A stretch of 64,000 nt of DNA from a virus (taxonomy: Duplodnaviria > Caudoviricetes), in the IMG/VR virus record IMGVR_UViG_3300037127_000056, positions 32,001-96,000 of that record; one strand, 5' to 3'. Every line of letters begins with the position of its first letter. Within the stretch, counting starts at the first letter, position 1. Shown in pieces: positions 1 to 10,800 of this stretch. Made by a program: the position numbers and the translations under genes. The notes under the pieces are model-generated. The model ran no database searches, was not told the DNA's origin, and saw only the letters and a program-made list of their open reading frames with translations.

Positions 1-192
1 GCCATTGTCTTCGCGGACCATGGCGCCGTCAGCATTCTCGGAAAACCCCTGATTCTGGAGTTCCTGCTTGAAGATCCGCTTGACGGGAACGCCGTGGATT
101 GGCACTGGTCCGAGATTGCCCTTGATGCGGTCGCTGGCGTCGATGACAGTCGTGCAGGTGTGCTTCGATTTGATCGTGATTTGATGACTCAT
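1..192 (-). CDS. Partial ORF running off the window edge; resembles an FtsH-ternary-system small accessory protein (fvmX5-like)
   Basis: Hand translation MSHQITIKSKHTCTTVIDASDRIKGNLGPVPIHGVPVKRIFKQELQNQGFSENADGAMVREDNG; preceded by TAAGGT-N6-ATG; directly downstream of the vWA/MoxR genes. Family resemblance is from memory. Confidence 0.5.
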   Translation of the reverse strand, partial: MSHQITIKSKHTCTTVIDASDRIKGNLGPVPIHGVPVKRIFKQELQNQGFSENADGAMVREDNG

Positions 193-243
193 GCGTCTAC
201 CTTACCTTGGTTCGATACAAAATTCAACGGGGGACTTCTGGGT

Positions 244-1509
244 TCAGATGAGAGCATTCAGCGCGGCGATGGCGGCGTTTTGCCACGCTCGTAGGGGTGA
301 GTGCCCGGCTTCACTAACGCGCTCGCCACAGACATGTGACGCCCGCTCGTCAACGGTAAGCCACGACTGACCGACCTCTGAATCGGCGGGCTCGTCATCT
401 TTCAAGGCCGGCGCCGATTCCCGCCGGCGGGACACGATATGGAGGATGTCGATTCGGGCGTCTTTGGGGTTCATGTCATCGGTATCGAAAGTACCCATGG
501 TGACGCTTGGCATGCCAAGCAAGCACAGCTCAAGGGCACCACGTTCCCGGTCCAAGTTCGCCGGCACTGCGACACGGATGTCCAGATCGTCGGCGGAAAG
601 CCACGTCGCCAGCCGCTCGCAACACACGCGGATCGTCGCAAGGGCAAGAATTCCACGTTGCCAATTGAGACTGGCGTCCTTCACGCGAGCACCGATGAGG
701 CTATCGTCTAGCCGGATCAAGACTTTGCGGCGGGTCCGCCACTGCCGATTGTCGTCGCGGTTGAAGTACAGAAGTTCATTCGTGACGAAGCGGGCAATGA
801 AAGGATCGATTTCCTCGTGGTCGTCGGCGAGCCCGAACTCGGACGGAACGATGCCGCTGGGACGGCCGTGATTGGAAAATCCGTCGTAGCCCCCAAACTC
901 GGAGCCGTCATCGTCGGGAACTGGCACCCGTGCGGCGTGGTCGGGGTATGGAACCAATCGGCCCGGCACGAGAGAAAAGATGGCGTCGCTTGCTGCCAGC
1001 ACGTGCGCGACGCCCATGCGCTTGCTTTCCGTGCTGAGAACGTCGAGGTGCTTGGCGGTGTAGGCATCCGATGGTAGGACTAGACGTCCACAGAGACGGG
1101 CTCCACGAATCGCCGCGCCTACGTCTTGGTCGAACTGGGCATCATTCGTATCACCCGGCATCAGCGCGTCTTCCACCGCTACGGCGGAGACTGGCCGCGA
1201 GGGAATACCGCAACGGCGCATGATCTGTTCCGCGATGATAGCCGCTTGGTCGGTGACCAAGCCGGCATTGATGATGCCTTGTATGTATGGTGAATTGCGG
1301 ATTCTGTCAATGATCTGGCGACGATACGCGATCACCGACGAATCATAGGACCCCGGAACGGGATGTCCCATTAGCACCGTCACGATGTCTCGTGCGATCG
1401 CGGGAACGTAGGCACGGTTACATACCTGGAGTGTCGCGCGAGCGATCGCAGCATCTTTCATGACGAATCCGCTGGTACGCAACCACGCGGCGTCGGATGA
1501 TCCGTTCAT
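244..1509 (-). CDS. vWA-related partner of MoxR (ternary-system inactive-vWA-like)
   Basis: GGYDGFSNHGRPSGIVPSEFG...FIARFVTNELLYFNRD then a beta strand VLIRLDDS; overlaps the MoxR stop by 4 nt. Confidence 0.65.
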   Translation of the reverse strand: MNGSSDAAWLRTSGFVMKDAAIARATLQVCNRAYVPAIARDIVTVLMGHPVPGSYDSSVIAYRRQIIDRIRNSPYIQGIINAGLVTDQAAIIAEQIMRRCGIPSRPVSAVAVEDALMPGDTNDAQFDQDVGAAIRGARLCGRLVLPSDAYTAKHLDVLSTESKRMGVAHVLAASDAIFSLVPGRLVPYPDHAARVPVPDDDGSEFGGYDGFSNHGRPSGIVPSEFGLADDHEEIDPFIARFVTNELLYFNRDDNRQWRTRRKVLIRLDDSLIGARVKDASLNWQRGILALATIRVCCERLATWLSADDLDIRVAVPANLDRERGALELCLLGMPSVTMGTFDTDDMNPKDARIDILHIVSRRRESAPALKDDEPADSEVGQSWLTVDERASHVCGERVSEAGHSPLRAWQNAAIAALNALI

Positions 1510-2477
1510 TTGGTCGAACCTCGGAGGTGGCGCGGGACTTCCGTTGCCAGCTGGTCAAGGGAATCCAGCGAGTCGCCACAGTACTTCAACAGTTCGAGAT
1601 CATTGCGGGTAACGACGTCGCCGCGTAGCAGCCACGCGTACGCCCGGATCATGGAATACATCTGGCCCAAGCGACGATCGGAGATGAAGATGTTGAGGTC
1701 GTGGCGGATGGTAGAAACCAAGCGCTTGAACTCGCGGAATTCGTCCTTGCCAAAGAGGGGGTCATTTTCACCGCTGGTACTGACCAAGTACTCGCGTACG
1801 GTGAGGACATCATCCAGACTACATGCAGTCGCCGCCCATGGCTTGCGGCCCGCGGCCTTGTGCCGGGCGATCTCGGCACCGGCATTGAGCAAGGCATCGA
1901 AGTGTTCGATTCTCAGAGGACGGACGACCATCTTGAGAGCGAACCGGTCCCGGAGGGCGCTGAGTTCGGAAGTCTGCGGGATGTCGTTGGTGGCGCCTAC
2001 CAGGACCTCCAGGGGGATGTCAATGGCCCGACCCTCCTCATACACCCGGTGATCGTTGATGGCACCAAGAAGGGCATTGAGGATTGCCGAGTTGCCCTTG
2101 AAGACCTCATCGAGGAACACCATCTTCGCCGTCGGGAGCATACCCTGCATGCGGCGAATCATGCGACCCTGCTTGAGGTTCATGATGTCCACCGGGCCAA
2201 GGACCTCGCCCGGCTCGGTGAACTTCGTCAGTAGTAGTTCGAAGTAGTCGTCATCTGAGACACCGATGGCGTCGCGGAACATCGTGATGGCCATCGATTT
2301 GCCGGTGCCCGGAGGGCCAGCAAGTAGCAACGGGTATCCCGCGACGGCGGAGACCGCAAGAAGATCGACGACCTCATCCCGCTGTACGAGGTTGGCCTTG
2401 ACGCCGTTGATGGCTGTGATGATGCGCTGCCGAGCCTCATTGGCCGCGGCATTGGACTTGGTTTTTTTCTTTCGCAT
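1506..2477 (-). CDS. MoxR/RavA-family AAA+ ATPase
   Basis: Walker A GPPGTGKS, Walker B FLDEVFKGNSAILNALL, GATN, ALRDRF. Confidence 0.92.
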   Translation of the reverse strand: MRKKKTKSNAAANEARQRIITAINGVKANLVQRDEVVDLLAVSAVAGYPLLLAGPPGTGKSMAITMFRDAIGVSDDDYFELLLTKFTEPGEVLGPVDIMNLKQGRMIRRMQGMLPTAKMVFLDEVFKGNSAILNALLGAINDHRVYEEGRAIDIPLEVLVGATNDIPQTSELSALRDRFALKMVVRPLRIEHFDALLNAGAEIARHKAAGRKPWAATACSLDDVLTVREYLVSTSGENDPLFGKDEFREFKRLVSTIRHDLNIFISDRRLGQMYSMIRAYAWLLRGDVVTRNDLELLKYCGDSLDSLDQLATEVPRHLRGSTK

Positions 2478-2510
2478 GGCGCCAACGCTACCAGGTCCCG
2501 CCGGCGGGAA

Positions 2511-3458
2511 TCAAGAGAATTCTGGGGTGTTCTCCACGATCATCGCATCGATGCCGGCAAAGTACGGGTCCAGCTCAGCGATCATTCTCAAGATGATGCG
2601 GCGACGTTTGGATGTCCGATGCAACTGGAGTGCCAACGTCCTCCAGTGCGTCATCACCCGGGACGTCGCAAAGAGATCCATAGCAGCGACGTGGACATCA
2701 TGGATCTCTGCCATTGTCGCCGCCCCCTCGGTGGGAACGAACTCATACACGTTCCCACGATGGACGTCATAGGCTTTGACGATGGCTCGGACGATCAGGC
2801 GGGCGAGGTCCTCACGCTCGGTGACTTGGCACGCCGTGAGGTAGCTGTGACGTGTGTTGGCCCCCGCTATGGCAGTGATTGGCCACGCGGAATCATACAC
2901 ACGCTGCTGAGCCGCCACGATGGAATCGGTGATGCGTGGCCCGAGGGCCGCGAGGATGATTGCCCCGCTCCCAGACATCCATGGGATCCACTGTTCCGGT
3001 TCTATGGAAATTCCACTATCGGGAAACATGAGTCCCGCGAGGGGATCGTTCTCCAACCGGTAGCGCGTCAACATGTCAACCCGCCGGTTCCCCGCACTCG
3101 CTACGAGGACCCCGAGTAAGGAATCCCCGGGGGTTTGCGGCGTGACGTGCAAGCTGTCGCCGTGCCGTGAGCGTCCGTTGAATCGGAAAATCTCGGTGGC
3201 GTAGCTGGAAAACTTGAGATCGCCGTGTGGGTACCGGTCCCATATCCGCCCGGCGGTATCGTCGAGCCCTTCTTCGGGTAACGCTCCATTCGTAAGCAAT
3301 ACCCGTGCCAGGCCCCTCTTTATCGTGTCGGTGATGCATGCCGCCCCACCTTCACTGAGGTTTTCAAACCCCAGCGCGCTGGGGTTGACCTCGCGGCCCA
3401 TGAATACCCGCTGGATGGCGTGAAGGAACGCAGCGTCCTGTTGTGTGACATTGTACAT
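2511..3458 (-). CDS. Hypothetical protein, FtsH-ternary-system accessory (fvmX6-like)
   Basis: CITDTIKRGLARVL...GRIWDRYPHGDLKFS resembles the recalled family pattern; immediately upstream of MoxR. Confidence 0.5.
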   Translation of the reverse strand: MYNVTQQDAAFLHAIQRVFMGREVNPSALGFENLSEGGAACITDTIKRGLARVLLTNGALPEEGLDDTAGRIWDRYPHGDLKFSSYATEIFRFNGRSRHGDSLHVTPQTPGDSLLGVLVASAGNRRVDMLTRYRLENDPLAGLMFPDSGISIEPEQWIPWMSGSGAIILAALGPRITDSIVAAQQRVYDSAWPITAIAGANTRHSYLTACQVTEREDLARLIVRAIVKAYDVHRGNVYEFVPTEGAATMAEIHDVHVAAMDLFATSRVMTHWRTLALQLHRTSKRRRIILRMIAELDPYFAGIDAMIVENTPEFS

Positions 3459-3542
3459 ATCGGCACCATATCATGACGGCGTCGAAGTGTTCAACCGCTA
3501 GTGCTCTTGTCTTCTGCGATACATTGGCGTATACATCGATGC

Positions 3543-5423
3543 ATGAGACCACAAGAACTGCTCACAACCGACGGTCCCCTCGCCGACATGATTCCCGGCT
3601 ACACTGAGCGTCGTTCTCAAATCGCGGCGGCGTCCACAATGTTCGATGCCATGACCCGCGGTGCCGAACTCATGATCAACGCCCCCACGGGAACCGGCAA
3701 GTCATTTGCGGCCGGCACCGCGGCGGTGAGCTATATCGCGGCACCTGGACCTCCCCGTCGTGTTCTCGTGGTCACCGGGTCCATCCCACTTATGGATCAG
3801 TACCTTCACACCGACCTTCCCGTCGTGCGTCGCATGGCCGCCGCTGTTGGCGTCCCCCTCGACATCGTTGCGATCAAGGGGTCCAACAACTACCTCTGCG
3901 CCGCGAAGCGGGCCACGTTGAAACGCAACGAAATCCCGCGGCGGGAACACAAGCGCCTCCGGGTGATTGAAGAATGGGCGGACACCACGAGGACCGGAGA
4001 CGTCGCGGAGCTGGAGACAGATCCGGGCCAACTGTGGGAGCATTTCAGCTTGGGACGGACCCCATGTCGAGGTCATGTTTGCCGTTACGCCGGTGCATGT
4101 AGTCTCTTGCATGCCAGGGCGAGGGCCCGGGATGCTCAGATCGTCGTGACGAACTACCACTACCTGTTGGCGCAGGCACGCCGAAGCCACAAGTGGATCG
4201 AAGGGTTCGACGCCATCATCTGCGATGAAGCTCATGTGATCGCCGACATCGCTCGGACCGCCCTGGGCTGGCAGATCGGGGAGCGACGGGTGGCCATTCT
4301 CTCACGATTCGCGGAACGATCGATATCGGACACTGCGGTACAAACCACGGCTGCGCTGAGCCGCATTCTAAAGCGCTTCGCCGGGGACTCCGCTACCCGT
4401 ATACCCGAGACAAGTACGGTACGCGTTGACGCGCTTGTGGGGGCCATACACGATGCATTGACATCGAGCCGCGATACCTTGGAAACGATCCCACCGACCA
4501 ACCGCGAGGCCCGCGCCGACGTCAACGCGGCAATCGCGGGCCTCGAAGATCTCATCAAGGAACTGTCGTCATTCTCACTTCAGGAGGATGGGTACGTTTT
4601 CTACGCCGAACCCGTCGGCAAAGGGGCGCGACTCTGTGCCGCGGTGGTGCAACCCGCGAGCCGGCTCCGCAATTTCGTCTGGCGTCACGTGGATTCCGTG
4701 GTGTGTATGTCCGCCACTCTGAGCCCCATGGACTTCGTGGCCCGCGAGATCGGCCTCACCGGTGCCCAAGAACTGTCGGTGTCGTCTCCGTTCGATTCAG
4801 AACGTCGGTTGTTCTACCTCCCCAATGCCCTGCCCTGGCCGACCCAACGGGATGCCTATCGTGAAGCCGCGGGCCGACACATCGTCAAGCTCATTCGTGG
4901 CGTCGGTGGGAAGGTGCTCAGCTTGCATACGTCCTACGCCGGGCTCAAAGCGGCATCGGAATCTCTTCGCCGCGCCCGGATCAAGCACCGATGTCAAGGG
5001 GATGCGAGCCGTGACGTTCTCGTTCGTTGGCTCCGCGAAACCGATGATGGTGTCCTTCTTGGGACGGAATCGTTCTGGACTGGGATTGATGTCCCCGGCA
5101 TGTCGTTGCTCGTGATTGACCGGCTGCCATTCACGCCACCCGGTGACCCCGTGGGAGACGCTCTCAAGGATAGATTCAAGGCTCGGTTCTTTCCGTTAGT
5201 GGCGCTACCTCAGATGCAAGTCAAGCTCTTGCAAGGCATCGGGCGGGCGCAACGCAAGGCCACGGATCGCCCAGTGGTGGCCATCTTGGATCCACGGATA
5301 TGCCCCGTCCCGCCGGCGGGAAAGAAGCGGGCCGGCTACGTGAAGCGGGTGCTCAAGGCGGCGGGGGTCACGAAATGGACCCCGGATCTGAAAAACGTGT
5401 TGAAGTGGGTTGGTGAGGGTTGA
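3543..5423 (+). CDS. dinG: DinG/YoaA-family Fe-S SF2 DNA helicase
   Basis: APTGTGKS, KGSNNYLC plus C-x4-C-x5-C Fe-S cysteines, VVTNYHYL, DEAH, SATL, SFWTGIDVPG, QGIGRAQR. Confidence 0.92.
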   Translation: MRPQELLTTDGPLADMIPGYTERRSQIAAASTMFDAMTRGAELMINAPTGTGKSFAAGTAAVSYIAAPGPPRRVLVVTGSIPLMDQYLHTDLPVVRRMAAAVGVPLDIVAIKGSNNYLCAAKRATLKRNEIPRREHKRLRVIEEWADTTRTGDVAELETDPGQLWEHFSLGRTPCRGHVCRYAGACSLLHARARARDAQIVVTNYHYLLAQARRSHKWIEGFDAIICDEAHVIADIARTALGWQIGERRVAILSRFAERSISDTAVQTTAALSRILKRFAGDSATRIPETSTVRVDALVGAIHDALTSSRDTLETIPPTNREARADVNAAIAGLEDLIKELSSFSLQEDGYVFYAEPVGKGARLCAAVVQPASRLRNFVWRHVDSVVCMSATLSPMDFVAREIGLTGAQELSVSSPFDSERRLFYLPNALPWPTQRDAYREAAGRHIVKLIRGVGGKVLSLHTSYAGLKAASESLRRARIKHRCQGDASRDVLVRWLRETDDGVLLGTESFWTGIDVPGMSLLVIDRLPFTPPGDPVGDALKDRFKARFFPLVALPQMQVKLLQGIGRAQRKATDRPVVAILDPRICPVPPAGKKRAGYVKRVLKAAGVTKWTPDLKNVLKWVGEG

Positions 5424-5435
5424 TGGCCGGCATCG

Positions 5436-6152
5436 TCACTGATCGCCGCCACCTTCACGCCGCTCGCGATCCCGCTTGAGGGCATCGTGGGTTTCCTGCA
5501 AGCGATGAAGGATGTCTTCCTCGCTCGTTGGGAGCCCGCCCATGGCCTGGACACCGATCACCTCATCGGGACCACCGAGTAGTTGCCGCTCCGCCTTCAG
5601 GAGCCGCTCCGCACTTGCCGTCGCCGCTTGATGGGCCTGGGTGAGCTTCCATATCACCGACGCCGCCTTCTCCGCCACGGCGATGTCGATGCCATCCTCG
5701 GAGTTCATGGACTGCGCGATCTCGAACGCCGCCCCATGAACGAGACCGGCTAGGGGTGCCATGCCCTCGATCAGCTCGTTCATGGAATCGATGAGGCCCA
5801 TGGCACCCCGACGCGCGCGCTGAACCATCCGGGTCTCTTCGATCTTTGTCGTTGCGGCATCGATGATGGCATCGTCGGCCGCCTCTTGCAACGCCTCACC
5901 GGCTTGCTTGAAGAGTGGGGTATCATCGGCTTGTGCCCGCCGGGCACGGGCGTCAATGACATCACCATCGGGCCACGACTGCAGCGGGGCCAACCCGGCA
6001 TCGGGGTTACCAAGTTCCCACGCGCGGGACGCGATGAGCTTTGATACTCCGGCTGCCCGTCCGAGTTTGACGATGAACCCCCGCTTCAAGGGATCCAGGG
6101 ACGGTAGAGCGTCACGCATCGCCGTCCATTCTGCAACACTCGGATATTTCAC
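5436..6152 (-). CDS. Helical protein with N-terminal HTH-like segment; terminase small subunit candidate
   Basis: GRAAGVSKLIASRAW HTH-like segment, C-terminal ERQLLGGPD; TATAAT-N7-GTG start. Confidence 0.35.
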   Translation of the reverse strand: MKYPSVAEWTAMRDALPSLDPLKRGFIVKLGRAAGVSKLIASRAWELGNPDAGLAPLQSWPDGDVIDARARRAQADDTPLFKQAGEALQEAADDAIIDAATTKIEETRMVQRARRGAMGLIDSMNELIEGMAPLAGLVHGAAFEIAQSMNSEDGIDIAVAEKAASVIWKLTQAHQAATASAERLLKAERQLLGGPDEVIGVQAMGGLPTSEEDILHRLQETHDALKRDRERREGGGDQ

Positions 6153-6182
6153 CGTAAGTATTATAGCACATACAATCACGGC

Positions 6183-6665
6183 ATGCCCATCGACCGCCGC
6201 GAGCTATCTGGTAAGAGTGTCGCTGAATCCCATGTCCCCAAGTTCTTGGATTTCATCGACACCCTAGAAAGTCGGCTCGAAGCCATTGAATCGTCGATTG
6301 GGACCGGTGTCATTACCATTCCAGAAGATCGATACTCGACCCTAGGATCGGTCACTGGCGGCACGACCGTTGCCGCCGGTTCGGTGCTTCCAGCAACAGG
6401 TGGCGTCGTAATCCCCGAGCCCGGAGCGACAACATGGATCAGAATTTCCGGTACCGATGCTCGAATCGGAGACGCGGTGTTTGCTGTGTACGAAGGGCGC
6501 CGAACCGCCCTGGATACGAACCCCGCGCAACGAATCCTTTCGGCCGCGGGCCCTGGGGCCCCGGGGGTCGATTCGATTCCTGCAGGCACGATCGAAATCG
6601 CCCTCAATTCTGCCAACACGGACCTCAACCGAGTGTTCTGGTTTTTGATGCGCGCCGCCGCATGA
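6183..6665 (+). CDS. Hypothetical, possible virion protein
   Basis: 160 aa, Gly/Thr/Ala-rich and beta-like; TACAAT-N6-ATG. Confidence 0.55.
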   Translation: MPIDRRELSGKSVAESHVPKFLDFIDTLESRLEAIESSIGTGVITIPEDRYSTLGSVTGGTTVAAGSVLPATGGVVIPEPGATTWIRISGTDARIGDAVFAVYEGRRTALDTNPAQRILSAAGPGAPGVDSIPAGTIEIALNSANTDLNRVFWFLMRAAA

Positions 6666-6722
6666 TTCCGTAATGACTTTGTAAGGCACGGTACACTCAT
6701 GGCATGAGAAGGACGGTGGCGT

Positions 6723-7442
6723 ATGGCCGAACATGAGATCGGTGATCTGGTAGAATACTTCCCTTTCGGGGAACCTCCAAGGGTTGCCATTGTTGTAGAC
6801 AAGCAAACATCGAACCAGGGCACGATTCGAACCCTGGCTCCCAACCCGGCCGATGACGTCCCAGTCGGGCCAACAGGCTCATGGTCAACCAATCAGATCG
6901 CTGTCACGATCAACGACACCGCAAACCCGGGCACCGCAACCCTATCGGCGTCAAGCCGGCTCCCACAGGACCTCCGAGACAAAACAGACCGCTGGCAGGT
7001 TGCCGGCAACTTCGACGACCGGTTCTGGGAATCGTCCACGTCTGGGACTCCAGGCATCACAAGCCATACGATCGAATGTTCGAATTCCAATCGTGATACT
7101 TGGATTTGGCATGCCACCAAGACCGAATACACCGTGGTGACGGTTGAGGTGAAGCACCCGCTGGGTACGACGGTTCGAGCGGAGCTGTATGAATACGACG
7201 GGGTCGCCGTTACGGGCCCAAGTGGGTCGTTTGCGGATGTCATACGACCCACCCTCGGAGTCAACAGCGATTCGGACGACGCCAACTGGCAGGTCATCAC
7301 AATCAATACGAGCGCAACGTCATATCCGACTCCGGTCCTTGGACGTATCTACACACTACGTCTCATTACTGGAACCAATCAACCCGGTGCCCTGTGGGAG
7401 GCACGCAACATCGACGGCGAAGCTGGCCCGATTCTGGTGTAA
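6723..7442 (+). CDS. Hypothetical beta-rich protein, possibly virion/tail
   Basis: 239-aa ORF, AAGGA upstream, Thr/Ser/Gly-rich. Confidence 0.55.
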   Translation: MAEHEIGDLVEYFPFGEPPRVAIVVDKQTSNQGTIRTLAPNPADDVPVGPTGSWSTNQIAVTINDTANPGTATLSASSRLPQDLRDKTDRWQVAGNFDDRFWESSTSGTPGITSHTIECSNSNRDTWIWHATKTEYTVVTVEVKHPLGTTVRAELYEYDGVAVTGPSGSFADVIRPTLGVNSDSDDANWQVITINTSATSYPTPVLGRIYTLRLITGTNQPGALWEARNIDGEAGPILV

Positions 7443-7444
7443 CT

Positions 7445-7849
7445 ATGGCGAACTATGACTACTCTCCTCAAACCATCGTGGGCTTCCTGCAGAAGGGTGG
7501 CGGCAATCGCACGCGGCGAATCAATGCCGATATCGGTGGCGGGCTCTTGAATCTGCTGATCGATTTCCACCACCTCGGGCTGGCACAAGACGCCATCTCC
7601 CCCGGAGTACCCAGCGCGGCGATTGCAGCCGTTCCACAGGGCTTCCAGTTCCTGCCTCACCTCGTGAAAGGCGCCAAGATTCACCCCGACGATTCCGTGT
7701 CCCCAACGGATTGGGGTGGCGTCCGCCCCAATACATTCGATGACGACAAGTTCGAAAGCGTCGAAATCGAAGATCCGTCGTTTACGACTACGGAGCCGTC
7801 ACCGGTTCTTGCGGACTGGGCCACCAAACTCGGCGGTACCGTGGGTTGA
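7445..7849 (+). CDS. Hypothetical protein
   Basis: ORF between 6723-7442 and the tape measure gene, same strand. Confidence 0.55.
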   Translation: MANYDYSPQTIVGFLQKGGGNRTRRINADIGGGLLNLLIDFHHLGLAQDAISPGVPSAAIAAVPQGFQFLPHLVKGAKIHPDDSVSPTDWGGVRPNTFDDDKFESVEIEDPSFTTTEPSPVLADWATKLGGTVG

Positions 7850-7897
7850 TTCCCGCCGGCGGGAATCGTCTCGTCCCATAACCGTACACTCTAACCC

Positions 7898-10800
7898 ATG
7901 GCTCTCAATCAGCTCGGCCTGGGAATGCTCTTCACGGCGCGCGATGCGGCATCCGCGACCGTGGTAGGGCTAACCAAGAACGTCGCCGGCCTTGAGGGTC
8001 GCAGCAAAGCAACCGCGTCCGCACTTCAGACTGGTCTGGGTGGTGTCGCGGCCGTTGCCGTTGGTGCCGGGTTGTCCAAGTTGGTCAACCAGGCGGCGGA
8101 CTTCGAATTCGGCTTGGCAGCGGTCAAGAACATCGCGAACGCCACGGCGTCGGACATGGTAATCCTACGGGACGCGGCATTCGAAGCCGGGCTCAAAACG
8201 CAATTTTCGCCGACCCAAGCCGTCGAGGGTTTGCAGAACCTCGCCGCCGCGGGCTTCAGTGCAGCGAAATCGGCGCAACTCCTAGACCGGTCTCTGATCC
8301 TCGCACAGGCTGGACAGATCAGCGTCGCCCAATCCACGGCGACGATGGCTACCGCGATCAAGCTATTCAACCTCCAGGGCAAGGACCAAGAAACCCTGGT
8401 TGACAAGTTACTCAAAACGACATCGATGTTCAAGATCCATAGTGTCGATCTCGAACAAGGTCTCGCCAAAACGGCTGCCGCTGCCCTCTTGACCAACCAG
8501 TCTGTGGATGAGATGTTGCTCACCGTCGGTCTCATCAAGAACGTCTTCCCGGACGCTGGCGAGGCGGGTAACTCGGTGAGTCGAGCGATGCAGTCCCTTT
8601 CACAGAAAGCCGACAAAGTCAAAAAAGATTTTGGCGTTGATGTGCTGGATGCGAATGGTGCGTTCAAGCCAGCCCTGGATCTCTTTCTGGAACTAGATGA
8701 AGCGTCTGCTAAAGCATTTCCCAATGCCGCTAAACGCTCGGAAAAGTTGAGCAGACTCCTTGGTTCCTTCGGCATCAAAGGCTTTTCCGCGGCGGTGGGC
8801 TCGATCGACGAATTCGCGACGTCGAACAACTTGACGCGCAAGCAAGCCGCGGCACAGCTACGAGGGGACATTGCTGGTGCAGAAGGAACTGCCGATCAGT
8901 TCTTGGCGGGTCTCAATGCGACATTCAAGGGACAGAGCATCATCTTGGAAGGTGCCGTCCAGACCCTCGCCGTCGCCCTCGGGGAACCGCTCCTGAAAGT
9001 GTTGGTTCCAGCGGTCAAACGTGCCGCAGAATTCGTTGCCGACCTCGCCAGGGTTGTCAAAGATGCCAACCCTGAGTTCAAGCAAATGATCGCCCGCATC
9101 GCCCTCACGGCGTCGGCCGTCCTCGCATTCGGCGGCATCGTTGCGATCCTCCGTGTCGGTCTCGGCCTCTTGCTACCGGCCCTCAAAGCCGCTGCCATCG
9201 GGTTCGCTGGTACCATGCTCGCCGCCATCCCATTGATTGCGGTGATCGGCGGTGTCGCCCTTGTGGCCCGCGCCGCGGCGAAATCCATGGACACCAGCTT
9301 CGGGGACGCCAAGGCTGCGGTCACCGGGTTCTTCGAAGACGCCGTGCTCGCGGGGAAGGCGTTCGTCCAGCTCATGCGGACCGGTGAGTTCAGTGGGTCC
9401 GTCAAGCAAGAACTGAACCGGGCTGAGAACGCCGGCATCAAACGATTCGTCATCCGGCTCGGGATGTTTGCGCATCGGATCGAGAAATTCTTCGAAGGCG
9501 TCGCTGGCGGTATCAATGCAACCATGGGACGAGTCCAGCCCGCGCTCAAGAGAGCTGGGCAAAGTCTCATGGGCCTTGGCAAGGCCATGGGGTTTGTGTC
9601 TCAGAAAGGTGATGGTGTCGGTGACAGCCTTCCTGGTGCGTCTTTCTTCGAAGCAGGGGCATCCATTGGGCGCGCGCTTGCAAGTATATTCACTGGCGCC
9701 GTGGACGTGTTCGGTGTTGTGGTCGATGTTGCAGCTGGCTTTATCAGCCGCATGAAAGGAATTTTTGAGACATTCAGCTCCGTGTTCACCGGGCTGTTTG
9801 ACAACCTGACCGAACTCGGCAACGAGATCGGTGTAACTTTCATGACAGTTGGCCGATCTGTCAATGGCGGCGCTGGACCCGCTGTCAACGTTGGCAAGAC
9901 AATTGCAAACGCTATTGGCCTTGTCACGATCGCATTGGTCAAAGCTGCCTCCATTGCGACCAAGATTGCAACAAGCCTGTTGCAGGCATTCCGCCCAATC
10001 AGCTACGTTGTCTTACCGATCCTAAGATTCGTGGCTAACCATCTCACCGAGATCATCTTGATTTTGGTCGGTATCAAGATGGCACGTTCCCTCCGTAACC
10101 TGTCAAGTCTCGCGGAGGGATTTACGGCGATCAAAACTGCAGCATCGGGTGCCGCCGCTGCGAGTGCATCGTTTCTGAGGACTCAGAAGAAGGCTCAGCC
10201 GGGGCGTGACGAGTTTGGTCGGTTCCTCCCCAAGGGTGCTCAAGCACCTGGAGGGGCCCGCCGCGACGCGACTGGTAGATTCTTGCCAGCCGGGGGTGTC
10301 GCTACCGCCGCTGATAAGACGGAAAAAGCTCTTGGCAAACTCGCCGTTGCAGCCGAAGTTCTCAAAGTGGGCTTCATGGGTTTCGCTCTTGGTACTGTAT
10401 TGGATCAATGGCTTGATATCAGTGGGCAAGTTTCGGACATGCTTACCAACCGGTCTGGCCGTGGAGCGGGTACCGCCAAAGGGACGAAGTTTGATCCCAC
10501 GGGGCGGGCGGCCAACCTCCGTAAGTTCGCAAAGGATATCGAAACCGACATCCAAAAATCGCAAAAAACGATCCAAAGTCTTGCCGAAGCCAAGGTCGTT
10601 CTACCACAATTTCGTGCAACTGCGGAACGTGCCAAAACCGGACAACTGCAAGAATCGGACGTAGGGGTGCTGCGAAAGATTGGTGGTTTCAAGGAAGAAG
10701 AAGCACTCATTACTCCAGACAAGTTGAACGCCGCGCAGGGTGAGATCCGGGACGCCCTCCGCGAAGCCGCCGCCATCGAAGCCGCGCAACGGGTTGCCCA

